From: a bacterium
GTDB taxonomy: Bacteria > Zhuqueibacterota > Zhuqueibacteria > Residuimicrobiales > Krinioviventaceae
DNA: 64,000 nucleotides
NCBI GenBank assembly: GCA_963693055.1
Contig: OY843751.1
Span: forward strand, 5,216,001-5,280,000
Reading direction: 5' to 3'
The notes beneath the pieces were generated by a model. The model saw only the letters and a list, made by a program, of their open reading frames with translations, had not been told where the DNA came from and searched no databases. Each line of letters starts with the position of its first letter. Position 1 is the stretch's first letter. A program made the translations under genes and the position numbers. This document shows, piece after piece, positions 1-8,870 of the stretch.

Positions 1-3000
1 CCGGCAATAGGGTCACCATTTACAGCGTCAGTTACTTTACCGCTAACAGTAGCATAGCTGCCGCTTACGGTTACATAATTTTCTTTAATTTCCACATCCT
101 CATTTTCACCATTGGAAATGGTTAATTTAACCGTATAGGTTCCCGGGGTAGCATAAATATGGGTAGGATTTTGTGAAATATCATCAACAACACCATCATT
201 ATCAAAGTCCCATTTCCAGCTGGTTGATTCAGTGTTCATAACAGCACCCTGAGAATACTGTGGCTGTGGGGCTTTGACTGCATAAGTTTGCGGTGTAAAC
301 AGTGCACCTTCAGGAGCAGAAGAACCAATGGTATTGACAACTGTAACATTACCGGTAGCACCGTCAATATCACAAACATACCAGTAATGTCCTTCACCAC
401 TTGTAGGTACATTGATTGTTTCTTTTAATCCGGTATCACCAAAAACCTGAAGTGAAGCGCCAGAGGTAACAATATCTGGTGACCCCGAATAATTATAAAT
501 GAACACTTTATAAGTTCCGGCAAACTGATCATACAATGTGATAGTCTCAGGACCATAAGCACTGGTATCATCAATATCCAGTTCAGCGTAAGGAGCGCTT
601 GTGCTGCTGCCTTTGCTGCTATAGTATATTTCATAGGTATTACCTTCAATTGCAGGTGTTTTCATATGCAAATCCAGATCACTGGGTGCATCACCCCACG
701 AGAGTACAACACGCATCTGACCTTCACCAATCTCGGGTGACAGAGAAATATTCAGAACCGTTCCCGATTCAGCAATAGAAAGCAATTGATTATAACTGTA
801 ATATCCTTCAAAATCAAAGTATACCCGCTGTGCGTTAACTGAAGACAAGTCCTGGAACTGTACTTCAAGAGGCGCACTACCCGTGCGGGGATAGCCGGAA
901 AACGCAGCGGATAATGTTTCAAGCGGAACATTATTCAACACATAATTACCCGACGCATCAGTAGTAGTCGTCATACCTGCTACTGTTACGGTTACGTTCT
1001 CAAGAGGATCACCGGTAACCGCGTCTATTACTTTACCGCTTATGGAGCCATAATTTCCGGTAACAGTTATATATTCTTGTTTAATTTCAGAATCTGTGTG
1101 CTCACCATCGCTTACCGTCAACTTTACTGTATAGGTACCCGGTGTTGTGTAAACAAAAGTAGGATTCTGAGAATCATCATCGATCACACCATCATTATCA
1201 AAATCCCAGTGCCATGATGTAACTTCATTACCGGAATTGACTCCCTGAGACAATTGTGGTTGTGGCTCCTTGGCTGCATAAGTCAATGGGTTCAGTACAG
1301 CACCAGCCGGTTCTTCGTTTTCTATAGTATTAACTACAGTAACCGCACCGGTTTCACCATCAATATCACAGGCATACCAGTAAAGGCCTGTTCCCGTGGT
1401 GGGCACATTAATAGTCTCAATCAATCCTGCTCCACCAAACACCTGTATAGTACCTGATGAAGTAGTAATATCGGGTGAACCTGAATAATTGTGAATAAAC
1501 ACTTTGTAGGTTCCGGTAAACTGGTCATACAAGGTTATAGTTTCAGGGCCATAAGCACTGGTATCATCAATATCCAACTGAGCAAAAGGTGCGCTGTCAC
1601 TGTTTCCTTTGTTACTGTAATAAATTTCATATGGAGTACCACCAATATCAGGTGTCAGCATATGCAGATCCAGATCACTAGGCGCAGAGCCCCATGTCAG
1701 AACAACACGCATCTGGCCTTCACCCACTTCGGGAGAGAGAGATACATTTAACGTTGTACCTTCATCATCCAGAGAAACAAGCTGGTTATAAGCATAATAT
1801 CCATCAACACTAAAGAATACACGCTCGGAATTTGAAGACGACAAGTCCTGGAATTGAACCGAAAGCGGTGCATTTCCTGAACGAGGATACGCGGAAAATG
1901 CGGCGGATATATCAGCAAGAGGTACATTATCGATTTGATAATATCCCTCGGAATTGGTTGTTGTGGTACGGCCGGCTATTGTAACGGTTACGCTTTCAAG
2001 AGGGTTACCATTCACAGCATCGGTCACATATCCATTGATTGAACCAGTACTGCCAATAACCGTAACATAATGTTCTTTAATTTCGGTATCTGTATTTTCA
2101 CCATCCGACACTGTCAATTTCACAGTATAGGTACCACCTGCTTCAAAGGTATATGAAGGATTCTGGTCGGTGGCATCTACTGTACCATCATTGTCAAAAT
2201 CCCATTGCCAGCTGGTAATCGCATTTGTTGAGGCGCCACTGTTTCGAGCCATTTGCGGTAATTCGGGTTTTACTTCTGCCTGCTCTGCATTAAATACAGC
2301 ACCATCCGGCGCGCTGCTGCTAAGCGTATTAACAACGGTTACAGAACCGGTTGCGCCATCCACATCACAAACATACCAGTAATTTCCTTCACCGGTATTG
2401 GGAACGTAAATGGTTTCCAGAATTCCCTGATCATTATAAATTCGTACTACACCGTTCGAAGCGGTGATAGCCGGAGTACCTGAATAATTGTACACGTAAC
2501 ATTTATAAGTTCCGGTAAAGGTATCGTACAATGTTATGGTTTCAGGACCATAACCATTTGTATCATCCAGATCTAACAATGCATAGGGTGCAGCACTGCT
2601 GTTTCCTTTATAGCTGTAATAAACTTCGTATGTATCACCTTCAATCTCTGGTGTCAGCAGATGAACATCCAGATCGAGTGGGGTTGCGCCCCAACTCAAA
2701 ACAATTCGCATACCTCCTTCTTCAATAGTCGGAGACATGGAAACATTAAAAGTTGTCACATCACTGGAAACATTCACCAAAGTGGAATAATCGGTATAGC
2801 CTGTTGCAGATACTGACAAGAGCATACGTCCGAATGCTGACAGGTCAGAAAACTGCACATTCAACGGAGCATTTCCGGAACGAGGATTCGCGATAAAATC
2901 AGCAACCAGGTCCGTAACCGGTACATCTGTAAAACTGTAATACCCATCAACATCTGTAGTTGTGGTATACTCACCCAGTCTAACAGTAGCTCCGGGGATT

Positions 3001-3050
3001 CCATCACCATTTACCGCATCGGTAATCTGTCCGTTCAAATCACCGGCATT
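1..3050 (-). repeat. Intragenic diverged tandem repeats of ~995 bp (~332 aa): three complete copies plus the start of a fourth
   Basis: The DAV(N/T)G(D/N) codons recur near 3010, 2010, 1015 and 20. VLxWGxxPxDLDxH and DxDDTxxYGPETITLY each recur three times. Confidence 0.9.
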
Positions 3051-6000
3051 ATCATTATCATCCAGAACATGAATATATTCATATCGAATTTTTTGCTGAT
3101 TGTTTGCACCAAAAGGAGCAAAAAGTTTAACAGTATACACGCCCGGCTCAGTAAACGTAAAAGAAGGGTTCTTTTCATTCTCACCCACTACATCAATATC
3201 ATTGTCATTTTGAAAATCCCATGACCAATATGTCGGGGTTCCACCCGAGGCATAACCGTAAAACTGCACTGTCAGGGGAGCATATCCCGAAGTCACATTC
3301 GCATAAAAATCAACACCCTGTGCTTCAGGTGCACCAAAACGGATCATTCCGGCATCCTGAGTACCAAACCAGAGGTTACCATTGGGTTCTACCAAAACAT
3401 TCTTAGCGCGAGGCATTTCTGAACAGAGCTCAGCACTTTCTGCATCAAAAGTAGTCCAGCTTACGCCATCGTAACGGGCTATTCCTGAATTTGCGCTTGC
3501 AGCCCAGATATTACCACTGCTGTCAACACCAACTGATGAATAATACAATCCTGCTTCACCATCATCAATAGGAGTATGAACAGTAAAATTATCCTGATCG
3601 GTAAACTCTACAATACCACCATGATAAAGGGCCATCCAGGCTTTACCATTTTTACCAAAAACGACATTATATACAACATCATAGGGCAAACCATCTTCGG
3701 AAGTAAAAGTTTCCCAACTATTTTCCTGATAATCAAAAGCATTCAATCCGCCGCCATTGGTACTGATCAGCATCATGGTTTCATCAGGCACCTTGGTTAC
3801 ACGGTTTACCTGATTTTCTGTCAAACCGCTGTTTTCTTTGGTATAAACAGTCCAGGTATTCCAGTCATAATGCGCCAAGCCTGCGTCTGTTGCAATCCAG
3901 ATCGTAGTATCAGGTGCTACATAAATATCATTCACTCCCGATTCTGTTGGATCATGAAATGTAGTATCCGTAGGACTAAACATTCTAACACCGGAACTCA
4001 AACCATACCAGCGACGTCCTGAACTATCAACAGCTACGGCATTCACCTGCGGCCAGTTATCATTATTGGTAACCTGAAAATTTCTCCAATAAATACCGGA
4101 ATACTCGGTAACACCCTGACTGGTTGCAACCACAACCGTGCTGTCAAAGGGATCAAAAGCCATTTGATTCACAACAGGTTGATCTGCTCCGGGAAACATG
4201 GTTTCACGTGGAATACAGGTCCAGCTATAATTTTCCGGTTGAGTTATCCGTACAGTAATCAGATTGGTTTCTGTAGCAGTATTCTGTTCTTCACCATCAG
4301 ATACTGTCAGTGCCACTGTATAGGTTCCGGGATATTCATAAACATGTGAAGGATTTTGGCTGTCATCAACAGAACCATCACCAAAGCTCCAACTCCAGGA
4401 AACAGGATCTCCGGTTGATTGATCAGTAAAGTTAACAGTCAGCGGAGCTGTACCTGTAACCGGGGATGCCTGAAAAGCGGCAAGGAACGGTTCAACAGCA
4501 TATTTGAGAATAATTCCGTTTTGTCCCACCATATAGCCATCACCAGAATTATGCATATCAACAGAATATAAGGAATGATACAAGCTTCCCAATTCGGTAA
4601 TCGCCCAGGTTGTGCCACCGTCTTCAGTTATTGCAACCTCGGCACCTTCCATTCCAATAAAACCATGATTTTCATCAAGAAAGTCTACAGACAAAAAACT
4701 TTTTGGAGGACTGGCCCAAACATACTCTGACCAGTTTTCACCAGCATCAGTGGTTTTTACCAGCATTCCCGCGCGACCAACCGCGAAACCGGTATTCGCA
4801 TTAACAAAGTGAACATCCCACAGCTTTTGCGATGTATCCAGAATTTTAGTCCAGTTTGCGCCGGCATCTGTGGTTTTATACACAAAGCCGGAATTTGAAT
4901 TCACTGTATTTCCACCAACAACATAACCGACATTTGCGTCAATAAATTCGACCGCAGTTACAGGAAACGTTTCTTTTGCAATTGCAATTTCATTCCAATT
5001 TTCACCGCCATCTGTGGTTTTCAAGATCCAACCACCAGAATTTGATCCCAAATAGTTGAAACCGGTAATATAACCGGTATTGGCGTCAGTAAACCAGACA
5101 TCGTCATGGAAATAACCACTGGCATGGTTAGAACTTGACCAGGTTTCACCACCATTGGTGGTTTTGGCAATAAAACCATTATTGCCTACAATATAACCCG
5201 TATTATCATCTATAAAATATACATCAGAAAGTCTGTCATTAAAATCTGTGCGTGACCAAACCATTCCATCATCTGTTGTTTTCAACAGATGACCATTTGT
5301 CCAACCGCCAACCGCAATAGCCGTGGTTTCATTCAACACCTGAACATCATATAATGATTCTTCTACATCTGCACCCAAACGTACACGTTTCCAGTCATCA
5401 AATGTTTGGGTTTCCTGCATGGTAATATATTCAACTTTTTCTTCTGTGTCGGTTTCAACACCTTGGGTAACTGTTAATGAAACTGTATACATACCTGCAG
5501 CAGAATAATAATGTCTTGGATTTTGTTCGGTACTGGTTGTACCATCTCCAAAATTCCATGCCCATGCACTAATATCACCAGTGGACTGATCGGTAAAAAC
5601 AATTTCCTGTGCAGCATAACCTGTAGTAGGTACGCCCATAAAGGCAGCATTTAATGGAACCTGACTATTAACATATACTGCACCCGCAGTATTGACTGTA
5701 CCGGCATCACCTCCAACGCCATTACGAGCACCAACAACCAATTGCGTACCGGCAAGGGCAGTCGCAAAGCCAAACATATCTCCACCAGCTTCCTGGCTGG
5801 TTTCAGGAGTTAACATTTGATCGTATGCCCAATTTGTACCATCAAAAGTATATGTAAAGGCAGCACCATGTGTTCCATAACCATAGTCACCACCCAGAAT
5901 CAACTCACCATCAGTAACAACTGATTTACCCCACCAGGTGTTTTCATCCAGACTGGCAGGAGTTAATGGAGAATCACCATTTTGAGACCAGCTTTCACTC

Positions 6001-6917
6001 GCATAATTAAAAACATAAACGGATCCGTCAGTGGTTTGATCAGCCGGACAACCAACAACGGCAGTTGTTCCGGATAAAGAAACAGAACTGCCAAAGCCCA
6101 TAAAATTTGTGGAGACAGTACTGTTTTCAGGATATTTGTAAACCTGACTCCAGGTTTCACTAGCAAGAGTGAAAAAATAAGCTGCACCCGCATCTGTAAC
6201 CAGTGGATCAACAATGTCTTTACCTTTGGCACCTACAACCAGGTGATTACCATCCAAAGAAACAGCATGTCCAAACTGATCTCCTGCAGCCGCATCACTG
6301 GCTGTAATCGTTTGAACATGTGACCATGTTGACTCGTTCTTTTTGAAAATATAAACAACACCGGCATCTGCTAACGCTTCCTGATCATGCAATGAAGCGC
6401 CAACAGCAATATAATCGCCACTAATATCTACAGATATACCATACACATCTCCAACGGCCCGGTCATCAACAGTGGGAATCAACAACTGTGTTTGCTGCCA
6501 TACTGCACCGGTATAATCAAATACATAAACATTACCGGCATAACTATCCGAGGGATCGCTCTCAACATCTCCCGGTGCTGCAATAACCAGCGTTGTACCT
6601 TCAATGGCTACAGAGCTACCAAAATATTCACCAGCAGCAGGCTTGTCCGGAGTAACAACTGTCTGTTGATACCACTGTAATCCATCTATTGAATAAACAT
6701 AAGCGGCACCACTATTCAGTAATTCATCAGTACTGCCATCGTAACCAGGTGCGCCAACAATCATAACGGATTGAGTTGCATCAACATCAAATCCAAACAG
6801 ATCTGCAGCCGCGCCATCAGATGCCACAATACGGTCCTCATTGTACACAACACCCCAAACCAGTGCAGGTACCAAGAACAGCAGTAACATTATTTTATAT
6901 ATTGAATTCATTTTCAT
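1..6917 (-). CDS. Giant secreted multidomain adhesin-like protein (>2300 aa, 3' end outside the window): signal peptide, FG-GAP propeller, PKD, YCF48/BNR-like propeller, PKD, Reg_prop-like propeller, PKD, then tandem carboxypeptidase-regulatory-like/PKD/YfaP(DUF2135)-like modules
   Basis: Not in the ORF track because there is no stop in the window. Hand translation: GAAGGAG RBS, ATG at 6917, MKMNSIYKIMLLLFLVPALVWG, then FG-GAP motifs (DLFGFDVD..VGAPG..SGAAYVY). The same frame reads EYITVTGNYGSISGKVIDAVTGDPLENV near 1080-990 and GSYATVSGKVTDAVNGDPIA at the window edge. PKD motifs WxWDF.DG..QNP...PG.YTVKLTV recur. The frame was spot-checked rather than translated codon by codon throughout. Confidence 0.9.
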   Translation of the reverse strand, partial: MKMNSIYKIMLLLFLVPALVWGVVYNEDRIVASDGAAADLFGFDVDATQSVMIVGAPGYDGSTDELLNSGAAYVYSIDGLQWYQQTVVTPDKPAAGEYFGSSVAIEGTTLVIAAPGDVESDPSDSYAGNVYVFDYTGAVWQQTQLLIPTVDDRAVGDVYGISVDISGDYIAVGASLHDQEALADAGVVYIFKKNESTWSHVQTITASDAAAGDQFGHAVSLDGNHLVVGAKGKDIVDPLVTDAGAAYFFTLASETWSQVYKYPENSTVSTNFMGFGSSVSLSGTTAVVGCPADQTTDGSVYVFNYASESWSQNGDSPLTPASLDENTWWGKSVVTDGELILGGDYGYGTHGAAFTYTFDGTNWAYDQMLTPETSQEAGGDMFGFATALAGTQLVVGARNGVGGDAGTVNTAGAVYVNSQVPLNAAFMGVPTTGYAAQEIVFTDQSTGDISAWAWNFGDGTTSTEQNPRHYYSAAGMYTVSLTVTQGVETDTEEKVEYITMQETQTFDDWKRVRLGADVEESLYDVQVLNETTAIAVGGWTNGHLLKTTDDGMVWSRTDFNDRLSDVYFIDDNTGYIVGNNGFIAKTTNGGETWSSSNHASGYFHDDVWFTDANTGYITGFNYLGSNSGGWILKTTDGGENWNEIAIAKETFPVTAVEFIDANVGYVVGGNTVNSNSGFVYKTTDAGANWTKILDTSQKLWDVHFVNANTGFAVGRAGMLVKTTDAGENWSEYVWASPPKSFLSVDFLDENHGFIGMEGAEVAITEDGGTTWAITELGSLYHSLYSVDMHNSGDGYMVGQNGIILKYAVEPFLAAFQASPVTGTAPLTVNFTDQSTGDPVSWSWSFGDGSVDDSQNPSHVYEYPGTYTVALTVSDGEEQNTATETNLITVRITQPENYSWTCIPRETMFPGADQPVVNQMAFDPFDSTVVVATSQGVTEYSGIYWRNFQVTNNDNWPQVNAVAVDSSGRRWYGLSSGVRMFSPTDTTFHDPTESGVNDIYVAPDTTIWIATDAGLAHYDWNTWTVYTKENSGLTENQVNRVTKVPDETMMLISTNGGGLNAFDYQENSWETFTSEDGLPYDVVYNVVFGKNGKAWMALYHGGIVEFTDQDNFTVHTPIDDGEAGLYYSSVGVDSSGNIWAASANSGIARYDGVSWTTFDAESAELCSEMPRAKNVLVEPNGNLWFGTQDAGMIRFGAPEAQGVDFYANVTSGYAPLTVQFYGYASGGTPTYWSWDFQNDNDIDVVGENEKNPSFTFTEPGVYTVKLFAPFGANNQQKIRYEYIHVLDDNDNAGDLNGQITDAVNGDGIPGATVRLGEYTTTTDVDGYYSFTDVPVTDLVADFIANPRSGNAPLNVQFSDLSAFGRMLLSVSATGYTDYSTLVNVSSDVTTFNVSMSPTIEEGGMRIVLSWGATPLDLDVHLLTPEIEGDTYEVYYSYKGNSSAAPYALLDLDDTNGYGPETITLYDTFTGTYKCYVYNYSGTPAITASNGVVRIYNDQGILETIYVPNTGEGNYWYVCDVDGATGSVTVVNTLSSSAPDGAVFNAEQAEVKPELPQMARNSGASTNAITSWQWDFDNDGTVDATDQNPSYTFEAGGTYTVKLTVSDGENTDTEIKEHYVTVIGSTGSINGYVTDAVNGNPLESVTVTIAGRTTTTNSEGYYQIDNVPLADISAAFSAYPRSGNAPLSVQFQDLSSSNSERVFFSVDGYYAYNQLVSLDDEGTTLNVSLSPEVGEGQMRVVLTWGSAPSDLDLHMLTPDIGGTPYEIYYSNKGNSDSAPFAQLDIDDTSAYGPETITLYDQFTGTYKVFIHNYSGSPDITTSSGTIQVFGGAGLIETINVPTTGTGLYWYACDIDGETGAVTVVNTIENEEPAGAVLNPLTYAAKEPQPQLSQGVNSGNEVTSWHWDFDNDGVIDDDSQNPTFVYTTPGTYTVKLTVSDGEHTDSEIKQEYITVTGNYGSISGKVIDAVTGDPLENVTVTVAGMTTTTDASGNYVLNNVPLETLSAAFSGYPRTGSAPLEVQFQDLSSVNAQRVYFDFEGYYSYNQLLSIAESGTVLNISLSPEIGEGQMRVVLSWGDAPSDLDLHMKTPAIEGNTYEIYYSSKGSSTSAPYAELDIDDTSAYGPETITLYDQFAGTYKVFIYNYSGSPDIVTSGASLQVFGDTGLKETINVPTSGEGHYWYVCDIDGATGNVTVVNTIGSSAPEGALFTPQTYAVKAPQPQYSQGAVMNTESTSWKWDFDNDGVVDDISQNPTHIYATPGTYTVKLTISNGENEDVEIKENYVTVSGSYATVSGKVTDAVNGDPIA

Positions 6918-6961
6918 AACAGGCTCCTTCATTGACCGGTAAGATACCAGTTAAAATCTCT

Positions 6962-7801
6962 TTATTGTATAATAATTCTACTTCCCAAACCCAGGGAATT
7001 GACCAAATCTGCCTTGTAATCAAAAACACCCAGATCAGAATCGTCTTCATTATTAACAGATAATCCCAAATCAACCGTATCTGCAGAAATAGCGCGAAAA
7101 ACAATTTTACCAACTTTGCCATCTACACTATTTACATAGCTGGAAGCAGGAAAGATACCAACAACCAGGTCAACGGTACCATTACTATTATCCTGGGTAA
7201 ATTTTAACAAATTTACATTTCCGCCATTCGATTCCAGATACCCCTGTTCTACACTGAGGTCAACAACTTGCAAGCTGTTTTGATTAAAAGAAACTCTGGC
7301 GCCAATTGCGCTCAAAGAATCAGGACTACGTGCCTGCAAAAATACAGAAATACTGTCACCCACCGAGATCACAGAATCCGGAGGTGTTAGAATTATCGCC
7401 GAGATTAAAAAATCCAAAGTTATGGGGATAGAATTTGCCTGACCTTTTTTAACAGTCGTAACGGTTGATCCTTCTAATACTTTAACCGTATCTCTATAAG
7501 CACTAACTGTAAATGTCAGTTGTTTATCTACCGGAACATCAACCGTACCCTTGGCTTTGGTTCCATCCAATACCAGATTGGTTTGAATGGTTTCAATATC
7601 ATTGCCGGTGACCACCATAACGATACTGGAAAGATCTGCAGTAGCAAGCGCCTGGTGCGGCATGTTCACAGAAGCGGCAATGGATACACGGTCTCCCGTC
7701 TGAGGTTCATTCGGAGTCATGAGTCCACAACCCAGAATAAATGTAACAAGTATAAAACCTGTAAACAGAGAAAAATATCTTTTTTTATTTATTACCAACA
7801 T
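6962..7801 (-). CDS. Lipoprotein with an Ig-like N-terminal domain and a C-terminal cohesin-like domain
   Basis: 279-aa ORF with lipobox ILGC. The C-terminal half (VGDSISVFLQA..LSAIGARVSFNQNSLQVV..G.VGKIVFRAI) resembles cohesin beta-sandwiches. Confidence 0.65.
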   Translation of the reverse strand: MLVINKKRYFSLFTGFILVTFILGCGLMTPNEPQTGDRVSIAASVNMPHQALATADLSSIVMVVTGNDIETIQTNLVLDGTKAKGTVDVPVDKQLTFTVSAYRDTVKVLEGSTVTTVKKGQANSIPITLDFLISAIILTPPDSVISVGDSISVFLQARSPDSLSAIGARVSFNQNSLQVVDLSVEQGYLESNGGNVNLLKFTQDNSNGTVDLVVGIFPASSYVNSVDGKVGKIVFRAISADTVDLGLSVNNEDDSDLGVFDYKADLVNSLGLGSRIIIQ

Positions 7802-7841
7802 GTCTGGCTCCTATGTTTTAATGCGGGAACAAAATCCCTGT

Positions 7842-8651
7842 TTATTCCCAACCAACCTCAACATTGACTGTTGTGGTTTCTTTTTCATCATCTTGCTGGG
7901 TTGCATAATAATAAGCTCCGCCGCCCAATGCTACCAGCCCGGCAAGAACTATATATTTTGTCATAGAAGAGCCGCCTTTAGCAGAGGCAGTTTTGGTAGA
8001 ACTACTACCACCCCGTTTTGCTCGCAATGCAGCAATTTCTTCCTGGGTTAATAATCTAACCTTTTGCATCTTGGATTTAGATATATTACCCTTGGCATCT
8101 GTCACAACAATCTGATAAGAAATAAAAGGATAATTGGTAAGACTTGCAGGAATAGAAACACCATAGGATTTACCGTTTTTCATGACTCGCAGATTTTCTG
8201 ATTCTACATAACCATACAATCCGCCATCTGTCAAAATACGGTAAAAATTTTCTTTAACGCGGGTCACTCTTACAAGTTCGCCACGATACAGTTTACCTTT
8301 CAGTCGGGTCCGTGCAGAGGGACCGGAATAAACTTTTGAATCTTTTAACACACTAACCTGGACCGGGGTTTTTCCACCACGACTCAATTCAGGCATATTT
8401 CCGGTTTTGGTATTTTCACCATAGTGGATGACCAGGCTAACGCGCCTTATTCCTACATCATCGTTTATGTTTGTTACAACATTCAGGGGGCGCCCGCGGT
8501 ATCCGAGACGTACCGGTTGATGGGAAATTATTGTTGAATTACTGCTTTGCTGCGCCTGACCTACATCCAGTGCAATGGGTAATATGATCAGTTGAAACAC
8601 CAGCACAACAATCAGTATAAAATTCAAAGATTTCATGGCTTCTGTTTTCAT
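7842..8651 (-). CDS. Exported protein: Ig-like domain with inserted bacterial SH3 domain, C-terminal Gly-rich hydrophobic helix and terminal beta-strand
   Basis: Signal peptide. SH3b-like segment VYSGPS..GKLYRGELVRV..FYRILTDGGLYGYVESENL. Tail IVLAGLVALGGGAYYYA..TTTVNVEVGWE. Confidence 0.7.
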   Translation of the reverse strand: MKTEAMKSLNFILIVVLVFQLIILPIALDVGQAQQSSNSTIISHQPVRLGYRGRPLNVVTNINDDVGIRRVSLVIHYGENTKTGNMPELSRGGKTPVQVSVLKDSKVYSGPSARTRLKGKLYRGELVRVTRVKENFYRILTDGGLYGYVESENLRVMKNGKSYGVSIPASLTNYPFISYQIVVTDAKGNISKSKMQKVRLLTQEEIAALRAKRGGSSSTKTASAKGGSSMTKYIVLAGLVALGGGAYYYATQQDDEKETTTVNVEVGWE

Positions 8652-8748
8652 TTCAGCCCCTTCTTTAAAATTTTAAAATATCCAGTAGTATTCCAGGTAT
8701 TATTAATGGTTGGTTTTTGTTGCGTGCTATTTAATTCTATTTTACAGG

Positions 8749-8763
8749 GCATAAGTATCCCCA
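8749..8763 (-). promoter_or_regulatory. Candidate sigma-54 (-24/-12) promoter for the SH3/cohesin/adhesin operon
   Basis: Minus strand TGGGGATACTTATGC has the GG-N10-GC spacing but is an imperfect match to TGGCAC-N5-TTGC. Confidence 0.3.
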
Positions 8764-8870
8764 AAACGATTAACTACTATTTCGTTTTGGAAAAACTTAA
8801 TTATTATTAATTAAAATAGCAAGTTAATATTCACAAATCAATAATGAATAGAAATTTATTAACACTTTAT

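Noticed and set aside
1-3050. Possible CRISPR array or DGR template/variable repeat pair in the ~1-kb repeats
   Set aside because: The repeats are diverged in-frame protein modules; no short identical repeat/spacer pattern, no evident adenine-specific variation and no reverse transcriptase in the window.
425-6680. Short ORFs listed in the track across the first 6.9 kb
   Set aside because: They are antisense or off-frame shadows of the giant minus-strand gene and show no protein-like motifs.
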